NCBI GenBank assembly: GCA_951406725.2
Contig: OX597821.1
Span: 80,786,001-80,850,000, forward strand
Direction of reading: 5' to 3'
Origin: Octopus vulgaris
Taxonomy: Eukaryota
Length of the DNA: 64,000 nucleotides
Shown here: in pieces, positions 27,572 through 40,864 of the stretch
Position numbering within the stretch: the first letter of the stretch is position 1
Layout: each line of letters begins with the position of its first letter
Translations under genes and position numbers: made by a program
Notes under the pieces: model-generated
Databases searched by the model: none
What the model was told of the DNA's origin: nothing
Seen by the model: only the letters and a program-made list of their open reading frames with translations

Positions 27572-28249
27572 CTGAAAATGGAATGGTGAATTTCATTTAA
27601 AAACAATTATGAAGTTTCCAAATATATAGTAATCAAAAGTCTATAGTCATATGGGATTAACTTTTATTGTGCAGGAGCCAAGCTTGTTTCATTCCATTCA
27701 TGTGCATCGGACACACAGCAATTAAGTTATCTAATTTTTGGTAGTGGGATACTTTTCAGAATTCTCCACATGGTGCCAGATAAAAGCAGCCCAGTACACT
27801 CTGTGAAGTAGTTGGGTTAGCATTAGGAAGGACGTCCAGCCATAGAAACCATGTGAAAACAAAGAGCACAGTCCTCTGGCTTGCCTGCTCCTGCCAAACC
27901 ATCCAACCCATGCCAGCATAGAATGCTGACATTAAATGATGATGATGATGATGATAGTAGTGGTGGTGGTGGTGGTGGTGGTGGTTGTGGTGGTGGTGGT
28001 AGTGGTGATGTTGATGATGATACAAGTTAAACAGCAAATTTTTCAATGTTTTCCTCTGTTGTTTCCTTTCCAATTTATGATAAAGACTAGAACTCTACTA
28101 ATTTGGGGACCAGGATGTGTTGACGCTACAATAATTCACTCTGTAAACATTTACTGTATCAGAACAGAACTCTTGAGAAATATTTGTGTCCAACCCTGCA
28201 AGCTGAGAGAGGCAGGGGAATAAAACATGGCTAACCCTCCTGCAAAGAA

Positions 28250-28550
28250 ATTTACTTCTTCTTCTCTCCTTCCCTCTTCCTCCACCTCCTTCTCCTCCTC
28301 CTCCGTCCTATCTTCCTTCTTTCTCTCCTCCTACTCCTCCACCTCCTCCTCCTTTTCTTCCTCTTCCCCTCTTCCTTCCTCCTTCCCCCCGCCACTCTCC
28401 ACTTCCTCCTCCCTCCCCTCTGCTCTTCTTTACCTCTCCTTTCCTCTCCTCTTCTTTCTTCCTACCCCTTCTTATCCACCTGTCCTCCTTCCCCCTTCAT
28501 CTTCACCCCACCTCCTCCCCTCCTTGCTCCTCCATGACATGCCTCCTCCA
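28250..28550. repeat. polypyrimidine (CCT/CT) low-complexity tract
   Basis: Direct reading. Confidence 0.85.
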
Positions 28551-29484
28551 AGTTACAAATATCTGAACTGAGGGGTAAAGGAATGAATTTCAAGTGACAA
28601 TCTGATTGACTAACTACAATTGGTAAGCAGGGATTCCAAAGCTAACTTCAAGTTGCCCCAATCAGACAAGCAACAGAATGGCAGAAAAAAAACATTGGGA
28701 GAGAAAAAATACATGATGATGATAATGATGATCTGTGGTGGTGGCGTTGTTGATGAAGATGATGATGATGATGATGACTTAGTATGCAAATTTTGTTTTT
28801 GCTGGCCAAAACAAAGAAGTTGAGAGGACAGATTTGCATTTGATTAGCATATGTTGCAACACTAGCAAAAAAAATGTTGGGTTCAGTGGTGATGGGTGAC
28901 CTTTGAACGTTGGGCCTCACAGAGGCAATGACGAAAGACCGAGATCTCTGGAGATATGCTGTGACTGCAAAGACCCGACAAATAATGTGAGTTCATGGCT
29001 GTTTCCTGCACCAGTTTCACATAGCAGCCCCAGCCCATCCAAAGTACCTTGGATTGCAGAACGACCTGCTGTGCTTACCTTGGATTGTAGGGTGACCTGC
29101 AGTGCTTGAGGAGACCTATTGAATCAAGTACATCAACATCAAAATAAATATCAAATGGAAATTGTAGTTGTAATACCTGTGCCAGTGGCACGTAAAAAGC
29201 ACCATCCGAACATGGCCAATGCCAGTACCGCCTTGACTGGCTTCTGTGCTGGTGGCACGTAAAAAGCACCAACCAATCGTGGCCGCTGCCAGCCTCCTCT
29301 GGCACCTGTACCGGTGGCATGTAAAAAGCACCCTCTACACTCACAGAGTGGTTGGCGTTAGGAAGGGCATCCAGCTGTAGAAACACTACCAGATCAGACT
29401 GGAGCCTGGTGCAGCCTCCTGGTTTCCCAGACCCTGGTCAAACTGTCCAACCCATGCTAGCACGGAAAACGGACGTTAAACGAT

Positions 29485-29515
<31 letters not shown>

Positions 29516-29619
29516 ATGATATTGAAAACAACCTGGCCACACCTCCACTTAGACACATTCCTACATTCATACATGGATGCATCCACTGTTTAATTAATGA
29601 AACCAATGAAAAGACTTAC

Positions 29620-29933
29620 TTTTCTCCATCCAGTATTTGGGCAACACCAAACGCTGCATCGGCCTTGATCTTCTCCTGACCATGCCACTGGGGGTAATTG
29701 ATATCAACCATAACTTTGTGTTCAGTGCTGTATATTGTTTTAGATCTTGGGTTCACCTGTGGGATGGTCTCAAGTTGGATTGATACACGAGTTATCCAAT
29801 TTTCAGGTCCATTTTTCAAAAAGTCATAAGCCTTATAAAAGATATCATGGTGGGGTCCTGGTGAAAAGGTTGGAGAAGGACTTGGCTGCGTAGGTGGTGG
29901 TGGTCTGGTTCTAACTTCTGGTTTGGGTGTTTC
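29620..29933 (-). CDS. LLTP exon 8, Pro-rich linker then beta region
   Basis: ccatag|GAA ACA CCC...GGA GAA AA|gtaagt; ETPKPEVRTRPPPPTQPSPSPTFSPGPHH...; phase 0/2. Confidence 0.9.
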
Positions 29934-30232
29934 CTATGGCAATAAGAAACAATAATTAAACAAGTATATAAATAATTAATATATATATATAATTAAACTA
30001 TTGGTGCAGGCATGGTTGTGTGGTAAAAAGCTTGCTTCCCAACCACATGGTTCTATGTTCAGTCCCTTGGCAAGTGTCTTCTATTATAGCCTCTGACTGA
30101 CAAAAGCCTATTGATTGGATTTGGTAGATAGAAACCAAAAGAAGCCCATCATATATCTGCTAAATTCAAAGGAGCCAGCTGAATGTGGTAGCATCGAAAT
30201 CAAACATTTACTTACGGAGACAGCGATTTTAT

Positions 30233-30345
30233 AACACCTGAGGAGATACAGCCAGGTCCTATTATACAGGTAAACCATTACTTAATTTAAATTAAAATCC
30301 TGTATATATGTGGATTTATGTTGTATCGAAACGTGTGTAGTGATC
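30233..30345 (+). ncRNA. type I hammerhead ribozyme motif with long stem II
   Basis: AACAC-CTGAGGA-GATACAGC...GTTGTATC-GAAA-CGTGT-GTA-GTG; core intact; degenerate partial copy at ~9110-9190. Confidence 0.7.
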
Positions 30346-32052
30346 ATTAAACAGCTGTTTAATCGCACTCCCTCTTCCTTTTGACAATTTATTCTCTCCT
30401 TTCTATTTTTCACACACGAGGAATGCATAAGCCTAGAATTGGTAGTATACCATAATACTGCTGGCTCTCTGGTAATTCTAAGGGTGAATGAGCTCTATTT
30501 TGTACTCTGATACGTTCTGTATGGAATACACCTCAACTATGTATATATATATGTATATATATAGTACAAAGTAAGATAGGGGTTATGGGTGTAACCCACC
30601 ATGGGATATCATTTATCCAATATACATATATACATATAAATATATATATATATACATACATATATACATATGAATATATATACACACACACACATACATA
30701 CACACACACATATATATGTAATGTATATATGTATGTGTGTGTGTCTTTGTGTTTGTGTTTGTTCCCATCATCATTTGACAACCAATGTTGATGTATTTAT
30801 GTCCCTGTAACTTAGCAGTATGTCAAAAGAGACTAATAGAATAAGTACAAGTCTTCAAAAAAGGTAAATAAGTCAATAGACTAACATTCTTCAAGGCAGT
30901 GCCCCAGCATGGCCGCAGTCTAATTAATGACTGAAACAAGTACAAGACAAATGATAGCAAGTTAATCTATGCTATTCCTTTTTAGTAAAAAGATTTTCAG
31001 CTTTCACCACTGAAACTGTTTCCAATGAAGAATTCTAGTTTTCTACCATAATTGCTTTCATTCATTTTCGAATTTGTATGTTTTGAAAAGCAAAACCCCA
31101 GTTAAATCTTTAAAGTTCTGTTAAACCAAGATTGGTTCTTCCCAATTTGGTACCTCACCAAAGTTTTGAAAATCAACTTAGCATTTTATTTCAATAGAAT
31201 TAATGATTAAATACCTGTACAACACAAAGAATTTTGACAGTTGGTTCTGTTTCTCTTGTGTGAAACAAAACTACAGTAGAAACACTTGTTTAACTCTTTC
31301 ATTACTGCAATTCTGTTGAGATGCTCTGTGTTTCTTTCAATTACTTTAAATATAACAAAGAATTTAGTAAAATAACTTAGTTATCATTCAGCTAGTGTTA
31401 GGAACATAAATTGTGACTAAGGTTTGGTTGAAGATTTTAATTCAAAACTTATGAAAACAAGACATTTGTACTCAGAGCCAGAGCTGGCTTCAGCCAGGTT
31501 AGTAATGAAAGGATTACCTCTTTACTATCCAGGTAACTCTGTCAAATGTAATACCTTATTATTCAAATTGTTTTGACTTAATCTTGCATTGTTTTATAGC
31601 TTTGAGCTTTTGATGAGTTAACTGTTAATTTTTTAGAATGATACTGTATATTTGAGCTGGATATGGGGGCCAGTTTAAATTCTAAAGGTTTAAAGTATCA
31701 TTCAGTGGAACTGAACCCAAAAACCTGAACTATATGCTTACAAACCAAAAATCTTCACCAAACAGCTACTCTTGCACCTGTTTATTTACAGGTAATACCT
31801 AAAGAATTTTTAAATTATTGCAAACCAATGTTAAAACGTGATATATACTGTTCTAGACATGACATTATATGTGATACCACAATATATGCAAGAATAGAGC
31901 AACTCTACCAGAGAAAGAAATATCAAGTTCTGTGTACAATAATAGCATTACAAGCAAGTCTCTGCATGGTACAGACAAATATATGACAGATTTGGTGGAG
32001 GTAGAGGGTTTTAGAGTAACATAAGAAGAATATAAAGTTCTGAGGATCGAAC

Positions 32053-32130
32053 CTGAAAATCTCCAGCGCTTATCCTCTTGGCAAGATCAGAAAGCTTTTT
32101 CAGAAGTTTCTTAGTTGAACGTTTTTTTCT
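32053..32130 (-). CDS. LLTP exon 7, begins with RKKR
   Basis: tttcag|AGA AAA AAA CGT...TTT CAG|gttcga; RKKRSTKKLLKKLSDLAKRISAGDFQ; phase 0/0; weak donor. Confidence 0.72.
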
Positions 32131-33956
32131 CTGAAAGTAAGAAGCAAATATAAAATTTAATGTGTGTATGTGTGTGTGTCCACGTGTGTATGTGTATGTA
32201 TTGAAATGGGAACTATTTACTTATTTACTTAAAAGTCTGTAGGAGGAACTGTTCAGATAATAGTTTACAAGAATATTTATGGCAGTAATGACAAGGAGGT
32301 GATTTTAGAATCTATTGGACATTTAATAACCATTTCTATGGTTAGTATAATATAGCATTATATACATATAATTATGACATTCTACACACCCACCCCAATG
32401 CACAAGCCTCAAAATATAATCTATATATATAAATATATTTATAATATTATTCAAATAAAATCTCAAGATTTCTATATTTTAAATTGTAATCATGTATTCG
32501 GAAACAAGTACCCAACTTGATGTCAAGATTCGAGAACACCGAATATTTTATTGGAAGTGAAGGGCTTCAGAAGAAGAAGAGCCAAATATTGTTGGTTTTG
32601 TATCTGTACAAAATACATCGACCTTGTAATGCCAGGTTGACAGAGGTGAAAGCACATGGCTTAGCAGTCAGGGGGATTTGGCTCACAATCACAAGGTTGT
32701 GAGTTCGATTCCCAGGAGTGTGTTATGTCCTTAAGTAAGATACTTTATTTCATCTTGCTCCAGTCCACCCAGCTGGCAAAAATTAATTGTACCTGTAATA
32801 CAATGGGCAAGTCTTGACACATTCTATATAAAGCTGAATCTCTCTGAGAACCATGTTAAAGGTACATGTCTGTGGAGTGCTCAGCCATTTGCATGCTAAT
32901 TTTACGAGCAGGCAGTTCTGTGGAATGGATCAACAGGAACCCTCATTGTCATAATTGACAGAGAGCCAGTTTGGGTTGACAGAGAGATTTATGAAGTTCT
33001 AAGTAGTTACTCAGTGAAGCAACACCATAAAATTGTAAAATGGTGCATCACCAGCAGCATAAAAGGACCAAAGTCAGTGTAAGATTTTATAAGAGAATGG
33101 CACAAGTTATAGTTGCCAATGGGATATTTTTACGTTTGTAATCATACTTTTGTATTTTATATTCAGCATGTTTCCTCTATACAGATTAGACCATAATACA
33201 TGCATCTGAAAAAAGGGAACAATAAAAACGCTTACGCACAATACATACAATACAAAAACTTCTTTCTGACAGGTGCCTCTCATACAGTTTCCCCACAAAA
33301 TTTTTGTAAATAGTAACTTTTAAGAAAGTTTTTTTTTTAAATATTATGATTGTGTCAAGAATCTTTTGCAAGAACTTCAAAATGTGTGTGCGTGTGTGTG
33401 TGCAGTAGGTATTTATGTATGCCAGTATGTTTTCCTTTGTGTTTAATATTTGTTCTTCTTCAGAAGGTTCAAGTCAGTTGCTAACAAAGCAACAAGATTT
33501 TTGGAATTCAGAGAATTCCAAGTCTTTGTAAATATGTATTTGAGTTGGTGTTGTTGGTTGAGCTGTTGGTGCATCTACTCCATCTAAAGAATCTCAGACA
33601 GAATTTCTGGAATGTCTTACAGATCTCTACTGTGCCACTAACATATTGGATGTGGAGAATTTATGTCAGTTTCTTTTGCTCTTTTTTTCCATGAAATCAA
33701 GGTTTTTATGTAAATTTGTTGGTACATAAGCTAATGCACCTACGTATGTATGTATGTATGTATGTATGTATGTATGTATGTATGTATGTATGTATGTATG
33801 TATGTATGTATGTATGTATGTATGTTTGTGTATGTATGTATGTATGTATGTATGTATGTATGTATGTATGTATGTATGTATGTATGTATGTTTGTATGTA
33901 TGTATGCATGCATGTATGTATGTATGTATGTGTATGTATGTATGTTTGTTTCTATG

Positions 33957-34004
<48 letters not shown>

Positions 34005-35067
34005 GTGTGTGTGTATGTGTGTGTGATGTCATTTTTTTAATGGTGTTACCTGTCACATTAGTTGTTTTTTTTCTATAAAAGGTAACTGATTGGCTGAGAA
34101 AAGAATGATTTGTAGCTTTGATAGTAATCCTATAAATGTTTGTTTTGATGGTTACTGACATATGTTCATCTCTAATGACCTCCTCCACAGACTCGGTGAC
34201 AGCTGTCTTATGTTATTGATTGTTGTCACAGTCTCCACTGAGAGTAGAAACTTCACATTCAACAGAGATCTCACTCTAGGAGAGAAAGGAGAAGCCCATT
34301 GTGAATGATGAATAATAATAATAATAATAATTAACAGACCCATGATCCAAGGTGAAATTTGCTTATTCAGAACCACAGACATTTCTTGAAGTGAAGTTAA
34401 ATATAAGAGGTAGGACATTGTTATGACTAAACTCTTTACCTGGAAATAAATGAATTTAGTTGAAATTTTACATCTTGTATCACATAACTTGTAAGATTTT
34501 GGATGAAGATTTAAGTTCCTCTTTGTTCACCCCTACCTTCCTCCACCCATATTGCCACTGCTTCATCTTCTCTTCTTCTACCTCATTTAATTTATCAAAT
34601 GTTCAAAATATAATTTTTGTTAATATTCTTTAATTGCTTTCATACCTATTTCATAGTTTTATAAGTAAACTAACAATTATGAGTACAATAATTTTTTTCT
34701 TTTATCGCTGTTTATATGTTGATCTACTTATCTCTTATAATTCTGGTATATCATTATCTTCATCATCATATGTGATAGAATCTCTTGTCAAAGATCACAT
34801 CTAAGTGTTCAGTTTTTGTTGAATGATCTGCACAAATGATTTGTTTATAGTGATTAAATGTATGTCCCATATATTAGCTCACGCCATCAGGCTGACCCTG
34901 CCTATATAGTTTTCTGCATGTTAGATGTCAAAATGATTGCAGAGCAATAAGAAATGAAGTGTTTTGCTCAAGAATACAATGTGCTACCTGATTCAGGAAT
35001 CAAACCCACAATCTAGCGATTGTGAGTGCAACACCCTAAACATTAGACCATACCTTCATATACATAC

Positions 35068-35118
<51 letters not shown>

Positions 35119-35159
35119 TGCATACATACATACATACATACATACATACATACATGATG

Positions 35160-35670
35160 GCCGTCCACTCGTGACCGAGGAAGACCATTGCCGACCTTCA
35201 GGAACATTGTGCGCTCTAGGACTAACTTATATTTTGCATTTGTGGCTCCGTTGGTGGCTAATGAGCCCTGCTCTTGACAAGCATACACGACTGCAAACAT
35301 TGCAGACCAAGCTTTCCCCATTCACTATACGAGCCGTGCGCTTTCGCGCAGCTCGCTTAAGTTCTTCATGCTGGATACGTGCTCTCTCAAAAGTGTCGAT
35401 CCCCTCCTTAACCTGCTTCCTCCATCTGTGGCGATGACAGGCATTGTTCTCCCAGTCAGTGTCCTGCATATCAAAGGCCTTTAATGAGGACTTGACACAG
35501 TCCTTAAATCGCAGCCTTGGTTTCTGCCGGAGTCTCCTTCCATTCACAAGTTCTCCATAGAGCATCTGCTTAGGAATCCTTCTATCCTCCATTCTAATAA
35601 GGTGTCCAGTCCAATGCAACCAGTGCTTGTGTACCACCGCCTCAATACTCAAGATATCAGCTGTCCTCAG
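35160..35670 (-). mobile_element. RTE-clade LINE 3' end
   Basis: WTGHLIRMEDRRIPKQMLYGEL..GRR..KPRLRFKD and C-terminal CNVCSRVCLSRAGLISHQRSH zinc finger; (ATGT)n tail. Confidence 0.9.
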
Positions 35671-37369
35671 GATCTGTGTGTTTGGAATTTTTTACATTGC
35701 TTACATACATATATACAATACATACATATGTGTATGTGTGTATATATATATATATATGAATTTATGTACGTATGGATGTGTGTGTGATATATAAATATAT
35801 ATATATATATACATTTTACAAAATGCATGATATAAATACACACACACACACATACATATATGTATATGTGTTTTATTCCAATTCTTCTTTCTTTCTTTGT
35901 TCCCTTTCCCTCTTTTCTTTATATAGAAGTATGGATCTAAATCCTTCAAAGGGATGTCAAACACCCAAGTTCACTGGTTCACTCCAAAGCAAAGAATATC
36001 ATATATATGAATCCATATATTCAATATTGGTATTATATATGTATAAGAATCAGTCCAAGGATAAAAACTGCAAAAATAACTTCCTCTTTAAGAGCCTGTG
36101 TGTTTGGAAAAGGTTTAATAAAAGCACTCACATACTAGAAAAAAACTTCGTCCCCAAAAAGGTTAGTAACATCCTCATAAAAGATGTCATAATATTTCTT
36201 AAGAAAACTGTATTAAGTAATCCTAATAGACTTTCGTGTATGTGTGTGTGTGTGTGTAAAATTTCTTATCTTCAAAGGATCAAAGATCCTTCCCTAGGCA
36301 ATAAGTTCATAGGGCCAGTTTCCCAGATTCTGGGGCATATATATTCCACCCCTAAACAACACACAGGTCCATCATAGATTTTTCTCATTTGTGCCAGCTT
36401 AGTCAACTTAAGTAATGTAAAATGAAGTGTTTTTCGCAAGAACCAAACGCATTGTTCGGTCCAGGTATTGAAACCGCAATCTTACGATCATCAGTACAAC
36501 ACTCCTAACCAATAAGCTACGCATTTTCCCATCCTTTTTCTTCAACGCATTTAAAAAAAAAAAAAGAGTGGCTGTGTGGTAAGTAGCTTGCTAACCAACC
36601 ACATGGTTCCGGGTTCAGTCCCACTGCTGGCACTTTGGGCAAGTGTCTTCTGCTATAGCCCCGGGCCGACCAATGCCTTGTGAGTGGATTTGGCAGACGG
36701 AAACTGAAAGAAGCCTGTCGTATATATGTATATATATATATGTATATGTATATGTATGTGTGTGTGTTTGTGTGTCTGTGTTTGTCCCCCTAGCATAGCT
36801 AGACAACCGATGCTGGCGTCCTCGTCACTTAGCAGTTCGGCAAAAGAGACCGATAGAATAAGTACTGGGCTTACAAAGAATAAATCCCGGGGTCGAGTTG
36901 CTCGACTAAAGGCGGTGCTCCAACATGGCCGCAGTCAAATGACTGAAACAAGTAAAAGAGTAAAGGGTTTCAAATCCAGGGGAAACAACCCAGTGCTGCA
37001 GGGAGTTTGTTCTGAAAAGAGTTATGTCTCTTGGAAGACAACGAAGTCGAAGTTAAAGACGGAAAATTATATGGCCACCACCTTCAAATTTATACCTTCC
37101 TAACTGGATTGATAACTAATACAATGGATCTCCTTCAGAATTCAAACCAAGGGTGTTCAGTTATTCGAGCAATTAAACCACAAGGCTTATTAGTCTGTAA
37201 GTGACTGAGTACACCAAAAACATTTGTACTCTAAGTGATTCTCACACGACAGTATGACCCAGCTGCATTTGGGACATCAAGTACAATTCATCTGACAGGC
37301 TTCTCTATAGTTTCCATCTTTCTAGTTTCAACCCACAAAGTACAGCTCAGAGCTTGGTTTTAGAAAATA

Positions 37370-37751
37370 CTAGCAGTATAGCCCAGCGTTGCTCGGGCTT
37401 CTTTTCTTATCGACCCTTTAGAATTGGAATTTTTGAAAAGGAAAAAAATGTAGCTTCAAGGGAGCATTTTTCTGGTTGAAATACACCGAAAAATGGCGAC
37501 ACAGCAGTCAAAAAATCGGAAAAAATAGTGATTTTCATAGAAAAAAAAAGCACCTTTTTGATGTAATTAATTTTTGGTGTTAACATGGTCGGATTTGAAT
37601 TTTTTTCTTCTACAGAAGGAAGAGCAAACCTTCTTCTATCATATTCTCAATTTTGGTCAACTTGCGCCGCAGGGTCTCGGAGGAAATAGTGTTAGTTGAA
37701 GGCTACCAAACCTGCCATACGCAGACAACATCAGCTTTATATAGAGAGAGA
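37370..37751 (-). mobile_element. non-autonomous Helitron
   Basis: Minus strand begins A|TC..TATATAAAGC and ends with GC hairpin GCCCGAGCAACGCTGGGC, then CTAG|T. Confidence 0.7.
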
Positions 37752-37886
37752 TTTGCTTAAGATGTGTAGAGCAATCAAATCCTTGATTTTGTGATTTTGA
37801 TGGGAACTTCTAAGCTATACGTTATATGTATGTGTGTGTGTGTGTGTGTGTGTGTCTGGTTGGCTGGCTGACTGTATGCATATATG

Positions 37887-39709
37887 CAGAGATGGGCACC
37901 GTAAATCAAAAAGTTAACATCGTTAATCCGTTAACCAAAAACTCAACTTCGTTAATCGTTGATCCGTTAATTTTTGAAAATGTAACGGAAGTTAACATTA
38001 ATCCCTTAATGTTAACTGTTATTGAAAAAAGGTATAACTACAGTTTAATACCTCATCGACTTTGTTGCTTCCCGATTTCCAGAAAAATGGATACTTTTAA
38101 GGAAACTTTCACCAAATAATCGCTTATATCCTGCAGATTGAGTATATGTAATGATTTGTTGGAAAAAATTTTCTGAGGGGTTGGGGAGAGGAGTTTCGGA
38201 AAAATCACAAATTTTCCCTCATAACTTACTGGAAAATATGTATTTTTTAATGGAATTTTATACCAATACCTTTCAAACCATGTAGATTATGATTACAAAG
38301 AAATTTGTAGTCAAAATGTTTGGAAGGAGGAGTTTCTGGAAAACGGATTTTCGGATCAGATGGTCCACATAAGTTGGAATTTCTCCGTTTTGACGGGGAT
38401 TTTTTCAAATGTTCTTCGCCAAAGTCTTCAGAGAGATGGGAAAAGAAAAAATTTTGAAATTTTTTTCCATTCCTGCCATCACCTCACCACCCCAGTCCGA
38501 AACGATTTTGGCCATTTTTTTTTCACTATGCACTTAAAACCCGCAAGAGAAACATTTTCAGTTTAAAAAATAATTGTTAATGATTTCAGAGGAAAATGTG
38601 TGATTTAAGGGAGCTGTGGCTGTTGTTTCTAGCACATCCCAAAACCTCCCTCCTCGTTTTTTTTCTCACTCACACATCTATTGATATTTTTCAATATTTT
38701 TCTCCCCATAAACAAATTTTATGGAATGATGATATTAAAGTAACATACATGTAGTCCTAACTGAACGAGGCTATGTTATGTGTATGTGTAAGAAAAAAAA
38801 CACCTAAAAATATCTTTTGTATTAATATTGATTTGTCAAATGTATAATGCTTATTTGTTCACGTTATCTTGAATTATTCAGGTTCAAGAGGGGTGTCCAC
38901 AATAATTGCTTGTAACTTTGTAAATATTTTACATACAGATTTAAAGTTTTGTCAGTGGGTACTTTATATACTACTGGTTTATAGTTATGTGACTTTAGCT
39001 GATCTTGCTGAGTAAATTTGACTTTTATGGGCAGGTAAATTTAATTAAAAGTAAAAGCAATGTCAATATGGATGAAAGCTGAAATTGAAATTTTGTTTGA
39101 TTTGTTACTAAAATTATCCCAGATGGCAACCAACAAAAATTTTGCCACTTTTGAAGATGAGGTACATTAATTTGAATTAATTAAAATACAGGTATAATTG
39201 GTACAAGATTTTGTTCTTTTGGTAAATATTTTGTACCTCGGTGTGGAATAATTTTTTTTCACAGATTTTTTTTCAGGTGCATTCAATGTGTCTGACCTTG
39301 AAACCCACCACAAGCCACTTTTTTCTGGAAAAGAAAGGTGGGTGGGTAGGGGCACTGTTCCCTTTTGACTGGACAAAGAAATTTCCTGCTGTCTTTGCAA
39401 GCAACAAGCAGGTGAATTTGGTTTCAAATCCAGGCAGGGCCAAATGAGGTCCTACAAGTTATTTATAATGACAAGTGGCATTATATCGAGGTTGAAAGAA
39501 TGACACATACAATATTAAATATGCTAAGACAATCTGAAAACAATAGAAACTATTAAACACCAGTTTTTATGAAAGTTTTGGTTAAATGTAATGGAAGTTA
39601 ATTAGTCTGATAATTATTTTCAAAGTTAACTTAAAAGTTATATCATTAACAAAAATGTTAACTTCGTTAATTAACAATTAACAGATTAATGGACTTACAC
39701 CCAGCTCTG
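37887..39709. mobile_element. non-autonomous hAT transposon (1.8 kb)
   Basis: TIRs CAGAGATGGG / CCCAGCTCTG, exact 8-bp TSD CATATATG (37879-37886 and 39710-39717), subterminal GTTAA(C) repeats at both ends. Confidence 0.85.
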
Positions 39710-40002
39710 CATATATGTATATGCATATGAATGTATATTATTTAATATGTCGGTTTCAAATTTTGGCACAAGGCCAGAAAGTTTGAAGGAGAGGGTAAGC
39801 TGATTACAACAACCCCCAGTGCTCAACTGGTATTAATTTATCAACCCGAAAGGACGAAAAGCAAAGCTGGCCTTGGTGGAATTTGAAATCAGAACATAGA
39901 GACAGACAAGATACCACTAAGCATGTTGCCAATGATCCTGCCAGCTTGTTGCCTTATATAATTTAACATATTAATTTGCATAAAAGAAAGTCAGCATCTT
40001 AC

Positions 40003-40188
40003 ATTTGAACGTTTGTTGTAATCAACTTCATAATTTGCCAAAAATTTTAGAGGGCTGGTCACTTTCTTGAATTTCACTGCCAATGTAGTGTCATCCTTTC
40101 TATGTCTGTAAACCAATTTATACAGTTCTGCTTTTGTGTCTGGAGATGGGGTTGTGACGACCATATCACCAGTCATTTCCAGATATTC
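40003..40188 (-). CDS. LLTP exon 6
   Basis: tttcag|GAA TAT CTG...TCA AAT|gtaaga; phase 0/0. Confidence 0.88.
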
Positions 40189-40255
40189 CTGAAAGGAATC
40201 AAATAAAAATATTTGCATAAATTTAAAGTAACAATTTCTGACAAAGGTATAATGA

Positions 40256-40318
<63 letters not shown>

Positions 40319-40449
40319 TTTTTCTTTTCTTTTCAGTGGTGTAAGGAAGTTGCAGATAATCAAATTCCTATTAGTGCTTGACAGGTTCATATTTTATAAT
40401 CCCTACTGGTGAAGAGATGGAATCGCTGCTATCTCTAGCATTCAAACAT

Positions 40450-40496
40450 CCATCACTGACAAGACCAAGGAAGGTCGAAATCAAGTGGTCTAGTGG
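40450..40496 (+). ncRNA. hammerhead ribozyme relic (core G>A)
   Basis: CCATCA-CTGACAA-GACC(aaggaa)GGTC-GAAA-TCAAGTG-GTC-TAGTGG; CUGANGA is mutated to CUGACAA. Confidence 0.6.
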
Positions 40497-40661
40497 GCTC
40501 AGTGCTGAAGGTGGTGGGGATTTCTCTTCCTGCTACCAATATAAACAAGAGCGCATTTTGCACCAAAAGCCAATATGAAAGTTTCTCTCACAGTAACTAT
40601 ATTTACATATATATGTTGTCAATGTAATCATATATCCAAAACCGAAGCACACTCTAAAGTG

Positions 40662-40864
40662 TTAAAGTAATAAAGTTAATGTCTGGTCATAGAGTGACCA
40701 ATAGTTTTGCATCCTTGAAGGCTGTAGCTTCATGGACAACTCATCAGATGCTAGTCTGAGGTGAAGAGTTAAATTTGTCTGATGAGACATCCATGAAACT
40801 ACAGCCTTCGTGGATGCCAAACCATTGGTCACTCTATGACCTGAAATTAACTTTATTACTTTAA
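40662..40864. repeat. fold-back inverted repeat (~87-bp arms), Penelope pLTR-like
   Basis: TTAAAGTAATAAAGTTAAT..GGTCATAGAGTGACCAAT..CTCATCAGA versus TCTGATGAG..ATTGGTCACTCTATGACC..ATTAACTTTATTACTTTAA. Confidence 0.85.

Noticed and set aside
28040-28205. Exon-like segment after a pyrimidine-rich acceptor
   Set aside because: Stops in all frames; exon 8 joins exon 9 in phase without it
35772-36377. Longest ORF in the track (201 aa)
   Set aside because: Low-complexity, crosses microsatellites and a SINE, no recognisable domain
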